A model generated the notes under the pieces. That model saw only the letters and a list, made by a program, of their open reading frames with translations, searched no databases and was not told where the DNA came from. Of a stretch of 64,000 nt of DNA, positions 55,370 through 64,000 are shown piece by piece. A program made the translations under genes and the position numbers. Each line of letters starts with the position of its first letter. The first letter of the stretch is position 1. The DNA lies in IMG/VR virus record IMGVR_UViG_3300036827_000034, positions 35 through 64,034 of that record; one strand, written 5' to 3'. Origin of the DNA: a virus. Taxonomy: Duplodnaviria > Caudoviricetes.

Positions 55370-55681
55370 ATGAGCGGAAAGACGCATAGGGATAAAAGCC
55401 CAGAAATCGAGTTCAGAAGGCATAGGAAGCGCAAGATAGCGCGCGTTGTGGCCGATGCTGGCTTACACGCTTATTTCACAAGTTCGCCTTGGGATGATGA
55501 TGTCATGGTCATGCGGGTATTTCTCGCCATGACACGAGCGAGAAATCTGGAATTGCAGAAGCTACGGCATATGAAGCTTCGCGTTTCTGCGGCTGCTGCG
55601 GACATGGGTCACAAGTCCAAGATAGTCAGAGATTTTAGCCCAATTATGGAGTTGATTCCACATGGGACTAGACCTAGATAG
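55370..55681 (+). CDS. IS passenger, hypothetical
   Basis: ORF inside element; runs through the internal TIR copy. Confidence 0.35.
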   Translation: MSGKTHRDKSPEIEFRRHRKRKIARVVADAGLHAYFTSSPWDDDVMVMRVFLAMTRARNLELQKLRHMKLRVSAAAADMGHKSKIVRDFSPIMELIPHGTRPR

Positions 55682-55839
55682 GGCCGCTTCGGACCGAAAG
55701 GCTGAGGCTGGCGCGCCCGAGACTAAAGGAATTTTTTGCGACCCGTTTTGGCGTGCCGTTCTTGATGGCCAGCGGCTACCTGGGGAAGATGACGTACCGG
55801 ACCGGATCGCAGAAGCAATAGCTATTCAGATTTCCCGGT

Positions 55840-56412
55840 TCACTCACTGCCATGTGCCCGTTTCCGAGTGTAAAGCGGTGGTCGCTCTAATTGCGTTGGC
55901 CGTTGCACGGGATTGTGTTCCAATTTTCGAACCTTCTTGCGCCCTTCGTAATTTACGAAAGCTAGACATTGGATAGTGTGGTCAAAGTACGCGGCTTGGC
56001 GATTGAGCAATGTTTCATCCAAATAAAAGAAATCAAGATTTGTCAGGTCTGTTACAATTTCGTTGCTGTCGGCCAAATCTTCTAAAGAAACATAGCAAAG
56101 ACCATCAAGCGGATTATGCCAGTGTGCGTGTGAAAACCGATTGCGGATTTTCAAACAATGGCGCATCGCAGCAACGCCTTCATCAAATTCCGCTGCCAAC
56201 CCAAGGTCAGCATATTTTTGTTTGGCCAATGCTTCAGCGACGTTGATCCTCGCCGTTTCGCCTCGAATGCAATAGAGTGCTTTCAGCGTGGTATTGAAAT
56301 CATCCCGAACCATCGCGACGCAATGCATGAGACTGATTTCAATGCTACTGTAGTCAACTAAAAGCTTTCCAACGGTTCTCATTTCGTTTGGAAAATCACG
56401 GTGTGCGGTCAT
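55840..56412 (-). CDS. IS passenger protein, HEPN-like
   Basis: VG.LL..YS.IE; C.KIRNRFSHAHW (Rx4H); lower GC. Confidence 0.65.
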   Translation of the reverse strand: MTAHRDFPNEMRTVGKLLVDYSSIEISLMHCVAMVRDDFNTTLKALYCIRGETARINVAEALAKQKYADLGLAAEFDEGVAAMRHCLKIRNRFSHAHWHNPLDGLCYVSLEDLADSNEIVTDLTNLDFFYLDETLLNRQAAYFDHTIQCLAFVNYEGRKKVRKLEHNPVQRPTQLERPPLYTRKRAHGSE

Positions 56413-56569
56413 GACAAAAGCCGATCAATATACTGAGCAAGAGGCACAACAACGCTTCAAAAAGCTCGTACACCTCGCTCTGAAATCCCCGCCCAAGCCG
56501 ATCAAGAGTATGGGCAAAAAGGGCGTCCCCGCACAATCGAAGAAACGGCGCAAACGCAAAGCGGCTTAG
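56411..56569 (+). CDS. IS passenger small basic protein
   Basis: Y.EQEAQQRF...AL.SPPKP.K; not in ORF track. Confidence 0.55.
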   Translation: MTKADQYTEQEAQQRFKKLVHLALKSPPKPIKSMGKKGVPAQSKKRRKRKAA

Positions 56570-56582
56570 CTGAGACAATAGA

Positions 56583-56843
56583 ATGGACCTGTCCCATCTG
56601 TCCGCTTGGCAGCGTATCAAACGAAAGATCAGCCTTTTGGGCGGCAGCTATGTGCATCCTGACGGGCACATAGAATTAGATTTTGAAGGCCCCGCTGGCA
56701 TAGACCGCAATGACAGCGACGAAGTGCAGCAAGCCAAACTACAATCCCATGAGAATAGACAGGGGATCAAAAATCTTAAGTTGCTCTACTTCGTAATAGG
56801 CGGCGTGGTTGTTTACGTGCTGATAAAATATTTTCACTGGTAA
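56583..56843 (+). CDS. IS passenger, C-terminal TM protein
   Basis: LLYFVIGGVVVYVLI. Confidence 0.5.
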   Translation: MDLSHLSAWQRIKRKISLLGGSYVHPDGHIELDFEGPAGIDRNDSDEVQQAKLQSHENRQGIKNLKLLYFVIGGVVVYVLIKYFHW

Positions 56844-56961
56844 CTTAAAAACAAATCGGCCCGGATGGCAGTCCGAGCCGATTGAAACCATCCGCAAGTG
56901 CCCTTGCGCGTCATCCTTATACGCGCGACGGAGGCGCTTGTCATCATGCAAGATTTCAAAG

Positions 56962-57228
56962 TTACTTTTTCACCAATCCCAACATCTCTTCTATCCCGCC
57001 TATCAACTTTTCAACGGCGGTCTGCAATTCGGAAGCGGTTAGATCGGATGATACGGCATCTAATCCCGGGATGGTTTGTCGTTTCAACATCTCCCTCGCC
57101 TTCTCATTCGTCTGTTTTATCAACTCAGGCGGAGTCTGGAATAGACGATGGAGCAGTACGTAAACATTCATGACCATGTATTCGAGCGCGACTATTCGCA
57201 TTTCGGCTTTCAAGGATTTCTCATCCAT
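56962..57228 (-). CDS. IS passenger, hypothetical
   Basis: GGGGAG RBS. Confidence 0.6.
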   Translation of the reverse strand: MDEKSLKAEMRIVALEYMVMNVYVLLHRLFQTPPELIKQTNEKAREMLKRQTIPGLDAVSSDLTASELQTAVEKLIGGIEEMLGLVKK

Positions 57229-57397
57229 GTTTGCTCCCCTAGTTTGGCTTGGCATCTACTAGGATAGCGACGGCGGGGATGGGCGTCAGTGTCCATCCCG
57301 GTCATCATCGAACGGCAATTCAAGCTGAACCGGCTGGAACAAGAGCGGCGATCTAAGCCGCCAGCGCCGCTGCACCCGCGCAACGAAGCGGTCGAAA

Positions 57398-58402
57398 TCA
57401 GGCGCGACCAACTTGATGATAGGTGAGGCGCTTGCCCTCGATGCCCTTGATCGCAAGTTTGGTGCGATCGATGTCGCCGTAGCCGAGTGCAACGCGGTGA
57501 TTGTAGCGGAAGTCGTATTCTGCCAAGTAGCGGTGCAAATGCTTTTCGTCGCAGTGCTGGTAGATGCCGCGCATTCCGCGCTTGAAGATCGAAAAGAACC
57601 CTTCCGCTGAATTGGTATGAACCTTGTCCTCGTGCGGCTTGCCATCCTTCCAGTAGAACTTGGTCCGCACGTATTCCTTGCTGGTGTGATTCACCGTCTC
57701 GTGCTCGGCGAAATGATCCTCAGCGTTCCAATAGAGCCTGCTTTCGTCAGTGTGCAGCTTGCTCTCTTTGGCGACGTTTTCGATCACGATCTTTTCGACG
57801 GTTGCCTGATCGGCAGTCGGAACGTGGAATGAGCGGACCCGACCGCCACGTTCAACCAATGACAAGATCGCGCGCTTGTTCGCAGGGCCACCGCGCTTGC
57901 CCGGCTTGATGAACGGCCGTCCGCTGGTCGTTGTGGTACGGCGTTTCGCTTCCGCCACCTGTCCGAAATAGGTTTCGTCGGCCTCAACGATGCCACTTGA
58001 TCCAGGTCCGCCCAGCGGACCCATACCGCCGTCCCGCATGGCCTCGCGGATGCGATGGCAAAGGAACCAAGCCGTCTTGTAATCGACGTTCAGCGCGCGG
58101 TGGAGCTGGTGGGCGCTAACGCCCTTCTTGCTGCTGCACATCAGGTAGAAGGCCATCAGCCACTTGTTCAGGGCGATGTGGCTACGCTCCATCAAGGTCC
58201 CTGTCGTGACCGTGAAATCCTTGCGGCATTCTTTTTCGGCGCACCGATACCAGCCCGCCTTCTTTAGGGCATAGGCGCGGCCTATAGAGCCGCAATGGGA
58301 GCAGATCGGGCCATCCGGCCAACGCTGCCCCTCAAGCCATTTGCGGGCCAATTCGTGGTTTGAAAAGTGCGGGGCGGTGAAGGCGTTATTGTCGGTCGTC
58401 AT
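57398..58402 (-). CDS. IS1595-family DDE transposase
   Basis: RWP.G..C.HC...C...C...FTVT.GT..E.SH, KGVSA.QL.R, VEADETY, LHTD, VNH, HTN..EG, HL.RYL.E..FR.N. Confidence 0.95.
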   Translation of the reverse strand: MTTDNNAFTAPHFSNHELARKWLEGQRWPDGPICSHCGSIGRAYALKKAGWYRCAEKECRKDFTVTTGTLMERSHIALNKWLMAFYLMCSSKKGVSAHQLHRALNVDYKTAWFLCHRIREAMRDGGMGPLGGPGSSGIVEADETYFGQVAEAKRRTTTTSGRPFIKPGKRGGPANKRAILSLVERGGRVRSFHVPTADQATVEKIVIENVAKESKLHTDESRLYWNAEDHFAEHETVNHTSKEYVRTKFYWKDGKPHEDKVHTNSAEGFFSIFKRGMRGIYQHCDEKHLHRYLAEYDFRYNHRVALGYGDIDRTKLAIKGIEGKRLTYHQVGRA

Positions 58403-58473
58403 GGCTGAAATCCTCAATTTGTGAGGAAATACTAGCCTTTGTAGTTTGTGGAGTCAAGTCCATAATTGGGCCG

Positions 58474-59145
58474 CTATTCGCGTTGTGAACCGGCGGCAAA
58501 CGGCTCGTCCCAAATCTCGGAGAACTTTGGGCGCGAATCAGCAGGGCGGAATTTGTCAGTCTCGTTGCCCCATGTCGTCCAGCCTTCCCGTTTTTGTCTC
58601 GCGAAAAGCTCGAGATACGGTCCAGCAACTAGCCGCTCGATCCGTTCATGGATGCCGTCAGGCTTGCGGGAGTGTTCCCGGCGCGGGGCAATGATGCCTT
58701 GGCGAACGTCGGCGTTTAGGCGCTTGGGCTTGCCGCGCGTGGCAAGTAAGCAGACTTCCGAATTGGCACGGGTCCAATAACCCAAGCCCATCGTCGCTTT
58801 TGTTTCTTCCTGAAAGAACTCGACTTGAGTGGCGTCGCCCTTGATCCAAGCAAAGGCACAAGTCTTATATTTAAAGCCCCATTTCTCTATCAGCCGAAGC
58901 GATTGTTCTAGCGTCGGCCAAACGACCCACATAAATAGGACGCAATCAGTGGCCGCTAATTCCGATGCCGGAAGCGCAGCTAATTCGGCCTCTCTCATTG
59001 TGTTGTATTCAGGTGCGCGGGCGGATCGTGCGCCCGAAATACTATTCGCGCTAAACGCACCTTTCCAAACCTGAAAATGCCATGGAGGGTCACAGAGGAT
59101 CGCCCCGAAGTGTCCTTTCGGTAGATCGTGGAATGGATCAGCCAT
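58474..59145 (-). CDS. MT-A70 family adenine methyltransferase
   Basis: DPPW, LFMW, WGFKYKT, W.K, GYWTR.N.E.CL, REHSRKP, LELFAR, WGNE. Confidence 0.93.
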   Translation of the reverse strand: MADPFHDLPKGHFGAILCDPPWHFQVWKGAFSANSISGARSARAPEYNTMREAELAALPASELAATDCVLFMWVVWPTLEQSLRLIEKWGFKYKTCAFAWIKGDATQVEFFQEETKATMGLGYWTRANSEVCLLATRGKPKRLNADVRQGIIAPRREHSRKPDGIHERIERLVAGPYLELFARQKREGWTTWGNETDKFRPADSRPKFSEIWDEPFAAGSQRE

Positions 59146-59243
59146 CTAAGCCCCGAGCATCCGCCGCTGACGCAGCACCTTCAAGCGGCGGCACTCGCGA
59201 AGCGACTAACTAAATCCGATGTAATGGAAGCGGCGCGGAATGT

Positions 59244-59753
59244 CTATTGGGAAAATCCAAATTCCTCGATCTGCCATCCGCCCTTGGCTTTCTTCACGGC
59301 GATGAACTTGAACGGATACATTTCGGCGGCGACTTTGATCTTCACGCGCCCCTTGTCTTGCCACCAGCCCTTGCACTCGTGAAGCTCGAGGAATCCGGAT
59401 TTCGGCAGCACGGCGAAATCGCAGGTATAGAACGTGTTATCCGCGAGCCTCAGTTTAATGCCCTCAAATTTGTGCCAAAGCACCTCGCCCGCCGCCCGTA
59501 ATTCCCACAGATATTTGTCGTAGGAACTTTCGAGGCCGTTCATCTTACCTGTGGGCAACCGCCCGAGCGCGTAATAGCGGGACTTGGCAGTGGTCGCGGG
59601 AATCGAACCCACTGTTCGGCCTCGGCGCGATTCGTCCGATTCGTCTCGCGTTGTCTCCGGCTTTGCGTCCAGCACCACTGTAGATGGTCGAAGGGCGCCG
59701 AACCTGCGGCGCCCCTGATAGTCCTGTAGCTGCTTCTCAGACCAACGCGCCAT
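59244..59753 (-). CDS. DUF1064-like PD-(D/E)xK nuclease
   Basis: MN.LE..Y, FE...L.LA...YT.DF...E.KG, VKIK.AA. Confidence 0.8.
   Translation of the reverse strand: MARWSEKQLQDYQGRRRFGALRPSTVVLDAKPETTRDESDESRRGRTVGSIPATTAKSRYYALGRLPTGKMNGLESSYDKYLWELRAAGEVLWHKFEGIKLRLADNTFYTCDFAVLPKSGFLELHECKGWWQDKGRVKIKVAAEMYPFKFIAVKKAKGGWQIEEFGFSQ
59585..59679 (-). ncRNA. tRNA-like structure within the nuclease CDS (not a canonical tRNA)
   Basis: T-arm GTGGG-TTCGATT-CCCGC, acceptor AGTGGT/ACCACT, discriminator G + CCA; no canonical D or anticodon arm. Confidence 0.5.
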
Positions 59754-60238
59754 TAGGCCGCAGCGGGCTTCAGCCGCGTCACGTTGCCTTCGGAAGCCTC
59801 GGGGGCAGGGTCGGTGCCTTCGTCCTCGTTTTCCGCATCAGCGGGCTTCTCTGGGCTTTCCAAGGGAAGCTTGCCGACCGAATCGGCGCGGTCGTTCAAA
59901 CCGCTGAAATCGAGGTAAAGCTCCAAATCCTCCAAGAAAATCAATAGCTTCTCAGCTTCGAGTTTGTCCAACCGACGAATCAGGGCGAAAACGCCCTTGT
60001 TCAGATGGTTGTGCTCGACCGCATAGGCGATCTTCTCGCGCATCGAACCATTGGACGAATCGGCCTCGGCCTTGAAGCTGGCGCAGGACTTCATCAGGCT
60101 CTTGAGGCTGGCCTGCGATATGGCCTTGCGGGCTTGGCCGGCAGGACCGACCTCAGCAGCAGGCTCTTTCGGTGGTTTTACAGCCTTGGCCTTGGCGGCT
60201 GGCTTTGTCTTGTTTTTGGAGCCTTTCGGTCGTGCCAT
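59753..60238 (-). CDS. DNA-binding protein with AT-hook-like N-terminus, possibly GapR/DUF2312-like
   Basis: ARPKGSKNK; IRRL.K.E......L..Y. Confidence 0.55.
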   Translation of the reverse strand: MARPKGSKNKTKPAAKAKAVKPPKEPAAEVGPAGQARKAISQASLKSLMKSCASFKAEADSSNGSMREKIAYAVEHNHLNKGVFALIRRLDKLEAEKLLIFLEDLELYLDFSGLNDRADSVGKLPLESPEKPADAENEDEGTDPAPEASEGNVTRLKPAAA

Positions 60239-60458
60239 ATTCAACCTCCTTGGTTGTGAGAAGCGCCCGCAATCCCTCGATTGAAGGCGCGGGCCGGAAC
60301 CTGAATTTCCAGAACCCGCAGTATCGCCCGCCTACCGCGCAAATGGCAAGGAAATCGCCGCGAATATCGGTGATTCGATAACAGGCACCTTGCGTCAGCA
60401 AGCCATCGCTTTCGCGGGCGTCGATGCAGAGGACGGGCTCGCCGATGCGGAACATCAT
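60153..60458 (-). CDS. Hypothetical protein
   Basis: FRIG..V.CID...L..G..Y.I; ATGA overlap. Confidence 0.55.
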   Translation of the reverse strand: MMFRIGEPVLCIDARESDGLLTQGACYRITDIRGDFLAICAVGGRYCGFWKFRFRPAPSIEGLRALLTTKEVEYGTTERLQKQDKASRQGQGCKTTERACC

Positions 60459-60697
60459 TGCGGCTCGCTAATCTCGGGGAACGCCACGCCTTCCGGCCAT
60501 GCGGCCCTGAAATTGGCTATCACCCGGTCATAAACACCGACTGAAAAGCCCTTCGGCTTGCGCCCGACCAGATCGGGGAAAAACCTCGAATCCCCCGCTA
60601 TCTTGTTTGAAATGGTGGTGAGCTTAAACCCTGTGGCCTTGGCGTAGGCGCGGGCCAGGATCAGGAGGTTGCTGCGGAATAGTGGTTCATATTTCAT
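60455..60697 (-). CDS. Cro-like HTH regulator
   Basis: A.AY..ATG....TIS....GD..FF..L...WP.G..FP; divergent from early operon. Confidence 0.7.
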   Translation of the reverse strand: MKYEPLFRSNLLILARAYAKATGFKLTTISNKIAGDSRFFPDLVGRKPKGFSVGVYDRVIANFRAAWPEGVAFPEISEPQ

Positions 60698-60703
60698 GGA
60701 ACC

Positions 60704-60781
60704 GCTATATCTTGGGAAATCCGACTATTCAACAGTTTCGTGAAGAATGTTGTTGACACTCTAATGGGACTTCCCCATTAT
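60704..60781. promoter_or_regulatory. Divergent promoters with operator-like palindromes
   Basis: - TTGAAT-17-TATAGC (60732-60704); + TTGACA-17-CATTAT (60753-60781); TTGGGAAATCCGACT and ATGGGACTTCCCCAT in the spacers. Confidence 0.65.
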
Positions 60782-60819
60782 CCGTGTGCCGCTCAATTCC
60801 GAGCCGACTGGAGGTCGAA

Positions 60820-62486
60820 ATGGCAGTAACCCAATCCAAATACCCAATCGGTGGCCCACGCGAACCAGTTTACGCCCTCATGCGTAAGCTTGGCTTTTCG
60901 GAGTCGCATTGGTCGGACAAGTTTTGGAGCAGTGCTGACGGGATCATGGTGTCGATCTATGGCGCCGGATCAATGGCGCGGATTGTGCTCAATGGTAAGG
61001 CTGTAGGCGAATGCGCTCTGGATGATCTTGCCGCGCGCATCGACGCGCTGCGCCATATCGAGAGGCCAGCCCAATGACCTTCATCTATCTCCACGACGCC
61101 AATTCCCACGCCGTTCTGGCAAGCACCGCATTCGATCCGCTCGTTAACCGGATGCCTTGGATTACTCAAGTCATGTGCGGCTACCACGAATGCGAACCCG
61201 ATGCTGTCGGCTACATCGAAACCGATGACGGAGAGTTCGTCACGGTGAAGGGCGCGCGCGCGGCTTATGTGGCGAGGAACTAGCCGTGGCTAAAACACCG
61301 AAGGTGACGGACGCAGAGGTTATTGCCTGTTTCAAGTCTGCCGAAGTTCTGCTGAGTGAAATGCAAGACTTCGGCCACAGGCTGCAAATGGGCCACTATG
61401 AGCGGATGGAGCATCCGGTCGAATACGCCCGCGCATTTGCCTTACTAGCCGAGGCCGCAGCGGCGATGGCATGTCGGCTGCTGATGGCCGCTGAAATGCA
61501 GAAGCAACGCGATGAACTGGATCGCTTGCGGCGGGAGGCTTGAATGGCAGACCAGCACTCTCCCGATTGGACGGTTGAGAAACATGGCGATTTTTGGCTT
61601 GTCTCCCACCCTGCCAAACCAGCAAATTTTCTTGTTCGTAAAACAAAATCCTCTGCGATCAAGGCTCGCAACGAAGCCAATGCTCACGCGCGCAAATTGC
61701 GTTTAGAGGCCGCCGCGCCTGCCATGCTCGCTGCTCTGCAATTCGTCCGCAATGCGAACGGCGATAACAAGCATTTTCCTTGCGACTGCATGACCAAGAT
61801 CAACGAGGCAATCGCCAAGGCCACGGGCGCATGACCATCCTGCTCCACTACTGCCCCATCTGCACGCGGCCATTCGCCACCGATGCCGACATGAAAAAGC
61901 ATCAACGCGACAGCCACAACAAACTATCCCGTATCCTCGCCAGAGAACGCGCCAAGGATCGCGGACCGATCCAGTGCGGGCATCAAGGATGCGAGGCAAG
62001 TTTCGGAAATGAACGTGATCGCGATCAGCATCGCAGGGACAAACACAGGCTGATGCCATGACGGACATCGTTGAACAAGTCGCCACCGAGATTGCGGACA
62101 TTCCCGGCGATCCTTCATCATTAGAAATCGCGCGGATCGCAATCGAAGCTTATCAACGCGCGATTTGGGAACCGACAATGAAAATGGTTCCTGAATTGCG
62201 TCGTTATCGCGCAAGCCAAATCACTTCACAGATCATGCACATTCTTGGGAAATATATATGTGCCCATGCAGATCGTAATTTACATCGCGATGCAAGTCGC
62301 GATCTCATGGAAACCTTCTATGAAAGTGGGGCTGAACTAATCCCTGATGCTGATCGCGCGGCGGTGGGCCTCACGCCGCGCGGCCCTTACGGGCTGACAG
62401 CGCAAGAACTCGCAATCCTTGAGAACAGACGCATCGAAATAATGCTTCGACCTCTACCCATGATGATTCCAATAGGTGACAAATGA
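60820..62486 (+). CDS. Run of early hypothetical genes (60820-61077, 61074-61283, 61286-61543, 61544-61834, 61831-62061 C2H2 Zn-finger, 62058-62486)
   Basis: Chained overlaps; C..C..F......H..D.H twice in 61831-62061. Confidence 0.6.
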
Positions 62487-63295
62487 ACGAACAACCTGAT
62501 CTGCTCGGCCCTACGCCAGAGAAGAAACGCCGCGGCAAGAAAGCCGAAGCCTCCACCGAGGTTGCGGTTCACAAGCCGAAGCCAGTCGGCAAGCCTGGAT
62601 CGGCCCACGACATGCTGGCATTCATCGGCAATGCCGCGCGTGATCCAAGCGTAAACCCTGAGAAGATGCGGGAGCTATTGGCAATCCGTAGCCAACTCAA
62701 AGCCGAGGAAGCCAAGGATGCTTTCGATCTAGCGTTCTTCAATATGTCGCCAGAGCTTCCGAAGATCAGGCGCAACGGCATGATCGTGATCGAGAAGGGC
62801 GGGCGCGAGGTCCAGCGGACACCCTATGCCCGTTATGAGGATTTGCAGCGTGTCACTAAGCCGATCCTGCACAAGCACGGCTTCACGATCAATCACAAGT
62901 CAGAGGCCAGCGGCGACGGCAAGGTGGCGGTGACGGCAATCCTGCGACACAAGCTCGGCCATGAAGTCACCGCCTCAGTGCCGCTTCCGCCCGATCCTAC
63001 CGGCAGCAAGAACGCCACGCAGGCAATTGGCAGCGCGCTTCAATACGGCCGTCGCTACTCGACAACCATCGTTCTCGATCTGGAAGTTGAGGGCGAGGAT
63101 GACGATGGGCTGCGTGGCCGCGATGCCATTATCAACGGCGAACAACTCAATGAACTGATTGCTGCCTGCGAGTTTGCCGATATTACCAAGGAACAATTCT
63201 GCGCTACGGCGCGGATCGAGAAGATGGCCGATCTGCCCGCGCGGCGCTTCAAGGAAGCCCTGACTTGGATCAAACAGAAGAAGGTGGACAAATGA
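62483..63295 (+). CDS. erf: ERF-family ssDNA annealing protein
   Basis: YA..ED....KPIL.KHG, L.H..GH, N..Q.IGSALQYGRRY, EDDDG. Confidence 0.92.
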   Translation: MNEQPDLLGPTPEKKRRGKKAEASTEVAVHKPKPVGKPGSAHDMLAFIGNAARDPSVNPEKMRELLAIRSQLKAEEAKDAFDLAFFNMSPELPKIRRNGMIVIEKGGREVQRTPYARYEDLQRVTKPILHKHGFTINHKSEASGDGKVAVTAILRHKLGHEVTASVPLPPDPTGSKNATQAIGSALQYGRRYSTTIVLDLEVEGEDDDGLRGRDAIINGEQLNELIAACEFADITKEQFCATARIEKMADLPARRFKEALTWIKQKKVDK

Positions 63296-63888
63296 TCGAA
63301 ATCGACAACAATCCACAGGGAACGGATGGCTGGCTTCAGGCTCGTTGTGGCCGGGTGACAGCCTCCCGCTTCTCCGATGTGATGGCGAAGGGCGAAGGCA
63401 AGGTGCGCGACGAATATCTACGTCAGGTCGCAGGCGAAGTCCTCACCGAAGAACCGATGCAGACCTACAAGAACGCCGCGATGGAACACGGCAACGAGGT
63501 CGAGCAGGAGGCCCGCGATCTTTACGCCATGCTATTCAACCAACAGGTCCAGCAAGTCGGCTTTATCTCTGCTGGCCGTGTCGGGTGCAGCCCTGACGGC
63601 TTGATCGGTGATGACGGCATGGTGGAGATCAAGCGGCAGGCACCGCATTTGCTGATCCAGCGCATCCGCGATGGCGTGGGGTCGAAGCATCTGCCGCAAG
63701 TGCAGGGCAATCTCTGGGTCACGGGCCGCAAGTGGATCGACTTGTGCTGCTACTACCCGAAGATGCCGATGTACCGGCAACGTATCGAACGCGATGAAGC
63801 CTACATCGCCAAGATCGAATCAGCGGTGAACGATTTCATCCGCGACATTGATGCCTTGGTCGAGCAAGTGCGAAAATACAAGGCATGA
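63292..63888 (+). CDS. YqaJ/lambda-exonuclease family protein
   Basis: QGT..WL..R.G.VTAS, M.HG...E..AR, GCSPDGL, EIK, QVQG.LWVTGR.W.D. Confidence 0.92.
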   Translation: MIEIDNNPQGTDGWLQARCGRVTASRFSDVMAKGEGKVRDEYLRQVAGEVLTEEPMQTYKNAAMEHGNEVEQEARDLYAMLFNQQVQQVGFISAGRVGCSPDGLIGDDGMVEIKRQAPHLLIQRIRDGVGSKHLPQVQGNLWVTGRKWIDLCCYYPKMPMYRQRIERDEAYIAKIESAVNDFIRDIDALVEQVRKYKA

Positions 63889-64000
63889 ATCGCATGAAGA
63901 TCATCATCATTGCGTTAGGGGTCTGCAATCTAGCACTTGCTGGCATCGCGCTATGGCCGACTGAGCCGAAGAAAGCAGACTGGCGGACGCTCGTTCTATG
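63885..64000 (+). CDS. Partial membrane-anchored protein
   Basis: MNRMKIIIIALGVCNLALAGIALW; ATGA overlap; runs off window. Confidence 0.55.
   Translation, partial: MNRMKIIIIALGVCNLALAGIALWPTEPKKADWRTLVL

Larger units (their letters stand above)
55287..58470 (-). mobile_element. IS1595-family element carrying passenger genes
   Basis: TIRs CCCAATTATAGCGTTGACTCCACAAAC / CCCAATTATGGACTTGACTCCACAAAC; 8-bp TSD CCGCTATT at 55279-55286 and 58471-58478. Confidence 0.92.
1..64000. mobile_element. Near-complete podovirus-like phage genome (N4-gp56-type capsid, P22-like portal/head-tail), probably infecting Alphaproteobacteria
   Basis: Full set of terminase, portal, scaffold, capsid, ejection, tail fibre, lysis, replication and recombination genes; no host housekeeping genes; both window ends fall in + strand early genes. 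Confidence 0.93.

Noticed and set aside
59585-59679. Canonical tRNA or tmRNA gene
   Set aside because: No standard D-arm, no 7-nt anticodon loop, no tmRNA ends; reported only as tRNA-like
63885-64000. Exact circular join or terminal repeat with position 1
   Set aside because: No sequence overlap, and the terminal ORF does not join the frame-1 ORF at the start; some sequence is probably missing

Overview
The window looks like an almost complete (~64 kb) podovirus-like dsDNA phage genome, probably from an Alphaproteobacteria (Rhizobiales-like) host. Early and recombination genes lie on + at both ends (ERF, YqaJ exonuclease, NinB-like, HNH, RlpA-like). A long - strand run carries Cro-like, MT-A70 methylase, replication, terS, terL, P22-like portal, scaffold, N4-gp56-type capsid, head-tail, ejection, tail fibre and lysis genes. 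I recognise no CI repressor or integrase. Main observations: (1) a Hin/Pin-type serine recombinase (50376-51011) sits divergently next to a ~4 kb array of tiny genes and non-coding units; most junctions carry a resolvase-half-site-like 13-bp arm plus CC, with a consensus-like promoter pointing into the array, suggesting an integron-like cassette system run by a small serine recombinase; (2) nine structural-module proteins carry Sec/Tat-type signal peptides, and the phage encodes two O-antigen-ligase/O-oligosaccharyltransferase-like paralogues; (3) both paralogues overlap a TM+TPR-like ORF in the same +1 frame at the same position; (4) a tRNA-like fold lies inside a nuclease gene; (5) a 3.18 kb IS1595 element has TIRs, an 8-bp TSD, passenger genes and an internal third end. 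All family calls come from motif recognition by eye; no searches or folding programs were run.
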